A DNA stretch of 38,131 bases, taken from positions 1-38,131 of the forward strand of contig JASJQH010006925.1 of NCBI GenBank assembly GCA_040143965.1, in the 5' to 3' direction. Of this stretch, positions 34,644 through 38,131 are shown one piece after another. How positions within the stretch are numbered: the first letter of the stretch is position 1; every line of letters begins with the position of its first letter. The notes under the pieces are model-generated. The model did no database searches, had not been told where the DNA came from, and saw nothing but the letters and a program-made list of their open reading frames with translations. The DNA is from Basidiobolus ranarum (taxonomy: Eukaryota). The position numbers and the translations under genes are program-made.

Positions 34644-37305
34644 CTACCATACGAATAAACATTTCTCTCTAAGAACTCGCGTTCCCAAATGCCTCCATTC
34701 CCATTCCGAGATAAAGAGATCTTTGGCAGTGTCTAATTTGCTAAATACAGAGCCACCTTTCCATGACAGCAATCTTGGATCAATCTCTCTAGGCGCGGGA
34801 AGTACCTCTACCTTTTCGAGACCAGGTTTAGCCTCTTGAATTCTACGAAATAGGTTGAGTTTCTAGATACATGGGAGCACTTTATCATCGTAAAAACTTA
34901 CTTGTCTTCCAACATTCGATTGAATCCATTGATCAAACCACCACCACCGGTGAACACAATGCTCGTAAATAGTCTTTTATGCTCTCCTATTCCAGAGTTA
35001 CCAATGCTCTTTAAGACTGCCGCTTCTAGGCCTATCACCATGTTGTCAGAGTCAACGATGTCTTCAATTGTTTCTTCTTTCTCGCTTGCACCGGCATTTG
35101 ATATGGGCGTGTCCGCGCCATCCATTACACTGCTTTGGGGGGTAAAGGGTTGAGGCGATGAGACGGCCGAGTTGGCATTGATGATTTTCGATTTGGAAAA
35201 GGGGGTTGAGGGTCCAATCTAATTACTCGATGAGTATTGGACTATGGAGTGCATGTCAATGTTAAAGAGAACTGACCGTGGTAGGCTTATCAATGATCTC
35301 ATCGAATCCATCATCTGTGGAATACGACAGATAGTTTACTTTGTCAGAGGAGGGCACATGCAGTACTTGTGGGAAAAAGAGTCCCTATTATGTTGGGTTA
35401 ATATGACAAATGTGGTTGACACGAAGAACACAGGACTTACCATGGGTGCTAAGATAACTTCATCATAGAGCTTCAACTGATACTTCCTAGCTGTCTTGTT
35501 GGGCACTCTGACAAAGAAATCCGCTACGTGAACGCTGATTTCGGCCTAAACAGAACACTTAGTCTTACATTCACAATATTCAAGACATCAGTGACCACAT
35601 TACCTCGCTCATTGTGCAGTACTTCTCTTTGAGTTCTTCGGCCAATTGCCAATCATAGTTCTGACTCAGGTCAATTTCGGTGTATGGGAATTGATTCCTC
35701 TTCAATAACTTCATGAAGAAAGAAGTCACGTTGTCACCACCGAAGTTCAGACGCACCCTGAGTACCAAACGTTACTAAATTTGCCAGCCGACTTGGGCCA
35801 CAAATAAACATTTACCTGGAATCGGGTATGCACATTCCATCCTCAACACACGACACGCTGGTCTTCTGTGCGCCAATGTCCACAATACACGCAGTAGACA
35901 TACCAGCTCCAAAAGTAGCCATGACAGATTCCTTTATAAAATGTTAAGATTCAGACTTTGTACTTTCACTCACCAAGCAGCTTTACCTGATGAATCAAGA
36001 CTCCTTTGAATTTCATGTCGTTCAAAAGCATATTCACCAACTCTGTTACATAGACTTTGTGGTACAAGTCAGGAATGACCAACACAATGTTGTAGTTCTA
36101 GAGAATTCGTTCAAAATCTGTCAGCCAAAATTCAATACTATACAGTAATCGCTGAAAGTAAACATACAGAGAACTCTTTAGCTTCTATTTTCAACTCTTC
36201 TTCAATCGCCATTCTCCAAATCACACGAATATCGGCCACTACCTCTTGAATTGATGTATAGTCGCTTGTATTGAATGATCCATTTTGTACGGGATAGGTT
36301 AGACGATAATCCGGATGTAACTGAGGTATACGTAAAGCCTATTCATTTTTTAGCAGATTGCTTGAACACAAGAATCAAGAAAGTCCCGCTACCTTCTTTC
36401 CACTCAAACATTCAGGTTTTGAGGAAACATCGGTCCATTCTACTTTGTAGGGGTCGTTATGATCGGGAATCGTTTCTGGCGTAGAAGATGAGTTGAAAGA
36501 AACAACTTGGGATCTAGCGTTATACACAGATCTTCTTTTTGCCGCTTTCATTCGTTGCTTAAGCTCATCTTCAATGATCATCAAATCCTCTTTTAAATCA
36601 TCTATCTAGTGAAACCTGTGAATTATTATTCTACTTTTAAAGCGTTTGTCTGATTTAGAAACATACTTCTTCGTCGCTTTCAGTCTCAGCATTGGGTTCG
36701 ACTTCCATCTTGTCACTATCTTTTCCAACAACAGAAGCATCTACAGGAGGCACTGAAGGAAAGTTAACACGACGAGCTAAGCAATGAGGGATTTGTTTAG
36801 GGAACGCGTCAGTAGCGCGTCCGATACGTAGAAAACGTGAACCGGGATGAATCACAATCACGTCTGAACCTGGTCCGCTGACCCTTTCCTCTTCCTCACT
36901 ATCCTCAGATTGTTCCGAATCCTCAGATTCGGGTGATTTTTTATCATCCTCAACCTCCATGTCCTCAGTCTGGTAATGTTATAGATTCAAAGGTTAATCT
37001 TGTTGAGTTTTTTGAAAAATAAATGCGCTCGAAGTATATATCAATATCACCTTGGATTCGATTACAGTTGGTTCAGGCTTTGGTTCCGGGGGTAATAAAT
37101 ATGATTTTTCGGTACGTAAATATGAAGAAGTCACATTACGTGTCTGTAGTAAAGAAGCCACGGGAATGGAAGTGTAACGTAAACTTTGTGCTTGTTCACT
37201 TTGAACGGGATTGTAGTTAGATTCAGGACCAACTTCTGAATCCATTCCAGTAGTTACAGAGTCCAAGTCATCCTCTTTCTCTTTACGCCAACCTTTAGGT
37301 GGCAT
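34644..37305 (-). CDS. ARP8: Actin-related protein 8 (INO80 complex), 683 aa
   Basis: 11 exons: 37305-37051, 36969-36667, 36605-36393, 36338-36168, 36097-35987, 35931-35816, 35757-35604, 35545-35441, 35384-35277, 35218-34902, 34842-34644 (2052 nt). VIVIHPGSRFLRIGRATDAFP, IPDHNDP, QESVMATFGAG..TACIVDIGAQKTSVSCVEDG, PREIDPRLLSWKGGSV. Confidence 0.94.
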
Positions 37306-37521
37306 TATGTAGAACAGATACAGGAAAGAATCACAATACAAGAGAGTTACGAAAAAAGAGGTCAAGTACTTCAAGATAAATTGGATTTCTTCTTTCTTAA
37401 CTATGAAGTAAATTAAATCAACTTCTCCGAAATTCTACTTAAAACTTGATTGATCGCAATCACTCAGAGTGTACAGAAATTCCAAGCCCAATCCCATAAA
37501 CAGCAGTAAATGGTGAAAATG

Positions 37522-37527
37522 TATAAA
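37522..37527 (+). promoter_or_regulatory. Putative TATA box of the U4 snRNA gene
   Basis: TATAAA about 30 nt upstream of the predicted U4 5' end at 37554. Confidence 0.5.
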
Positions 37528-37553
37528 GATATGATCCACTGTTAGTAAACAGT

Positions 37554-37699
37554 ATCCTTGTGCATTGGTATACCCACACCTGTGAAGTTTCAACTGAGGT
37601 TGGGTTATTGCTGATTGAAAACTACTACCAATACCCCACTTTCACGACTTCACAGAAGTCGGGAAAGTAATTTTTGGAGGGATCTTTCAGTAAGATCTC
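37554..37699 (+). ncRNA. U4: U4 spliceosomal snRNA
   Basis: 5' ATCCTTGTGCA (U6 stem II partner); K-turn 5' stem-loop CCTGTGAAG...CTGAGG; TTATTGCTGATTGAAAACT...CCAATACCCC (stem I and central domain); 3' hairpin ACTTTC-A-CGACTTC/GAAGTCG-G-GAAAGT (37638-37668); Sm site AATTTTTGG (37669-37677); terminal hairpin GGGATCTT/AAGATCTC. Confidence 0.93.
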
Positions 37700-38131
37700 A
37701 TAATTTATCTACAAATCAAAATTTAATTTCATTCAATATTATAGTGTTCTTTGTTATTAACTCGGCCCATGCGTATGCAATTGTTACAAAAATAAGCAGC
37801 AGTTTTGTTTGCTTGTATTGATCACTAATGATAAATAATTTGGCATTTGACTCGGTTAGCAAAAGTTGGCCATATAACTTAACCGTATTAGATTGTTAGA
37901 GTATGCTGTAAAATGACTGTTTGATCAGCTTCAAAGCTATTCCTAGAGTTGGAACTTAGCTTCCTGACAAGCTTTAGTTAGACTAAGATTTGTCTCCATT
38001 GGGGTAGATACTGTTAAAATATGTTGGAGGATCTTGACATAATGGGGGTAGACTTTGAGTATTAGAAGCAACTTATGATAGTGTGTTTTTAGTTAGTTTA
38101 TTCTTAAGAGTATATGGTGACTTATATAGTA

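Noticed and set aside
37552-37559. GTATCCTT, a perfect U12-type 5' splice site
   Set aside because: It is not within a gene and is explained as the 5' end of the U4 snRNA. All reconstructed introns in the window are ordinary GT-AG.
30557-37699. Apparent RNP-biogenesis cluster (Gemin6, NOP10, U4)
   Set aside because: Interspersed with unrelated housekeeping genes and no shared motif seen; chance adjacency in a gene-dense genome is sufficient.
58-37821. Numerous 60-150 aa antisense or alternative-frame ORFs in the track
   Set aside because: They are shadows of real exons, intron read-throughs, or (37615-37821) overlap the U4 gene; none has an independent protein motif.

Overview
Eukaryotic, AT-rich, gene-dense fungal DNA with short GT-AG introns (mostly about 55-80 nt, CTAAC-like branch points). 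The gene content (CNOT10, Gemin6, an SLC25A46-like carrier, a zygomycete-type chitinase) points to an early-diverging fungus (Mucoromycota or Zoopagomycota); this is inference. I reconstructed 18 protein-coding genes by hand, and every complete model sums to a multiple of 3. In order: NAP1 (3' end off-window), a divergent FET3/FTR1 iron-uptake pair, a 12-exon GH18 chitinase, two convergent intronless CNT nucleoside transporters, a GATA zinc-finger protein with a Swc3-like N-terminus, GCN20/ABCF3, SSL1, GCV3, CNOT10-like, flavin reductase-like, SLC25A46-like, Gemin6-like, NOP10, SDS22, RNase H2 subunit C and ARP8. Features the ORF track misses: a U4 snRNA gene (37554-37699), a decayed intronless serpin pseudogene (about 24346-25130), a 4-nt micro-exon in the chitinase, five ATCWGAT iron-GATA sites between FET3 and FTR1, and a dense GATA-box cluster upstream of the GATA gene. 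The two CNT paralogues differ at the Q/M residue linked to purine/pyrimidine selectivity in human CNTs. No database searches were run; family assignments come from recognising motifs by eye.
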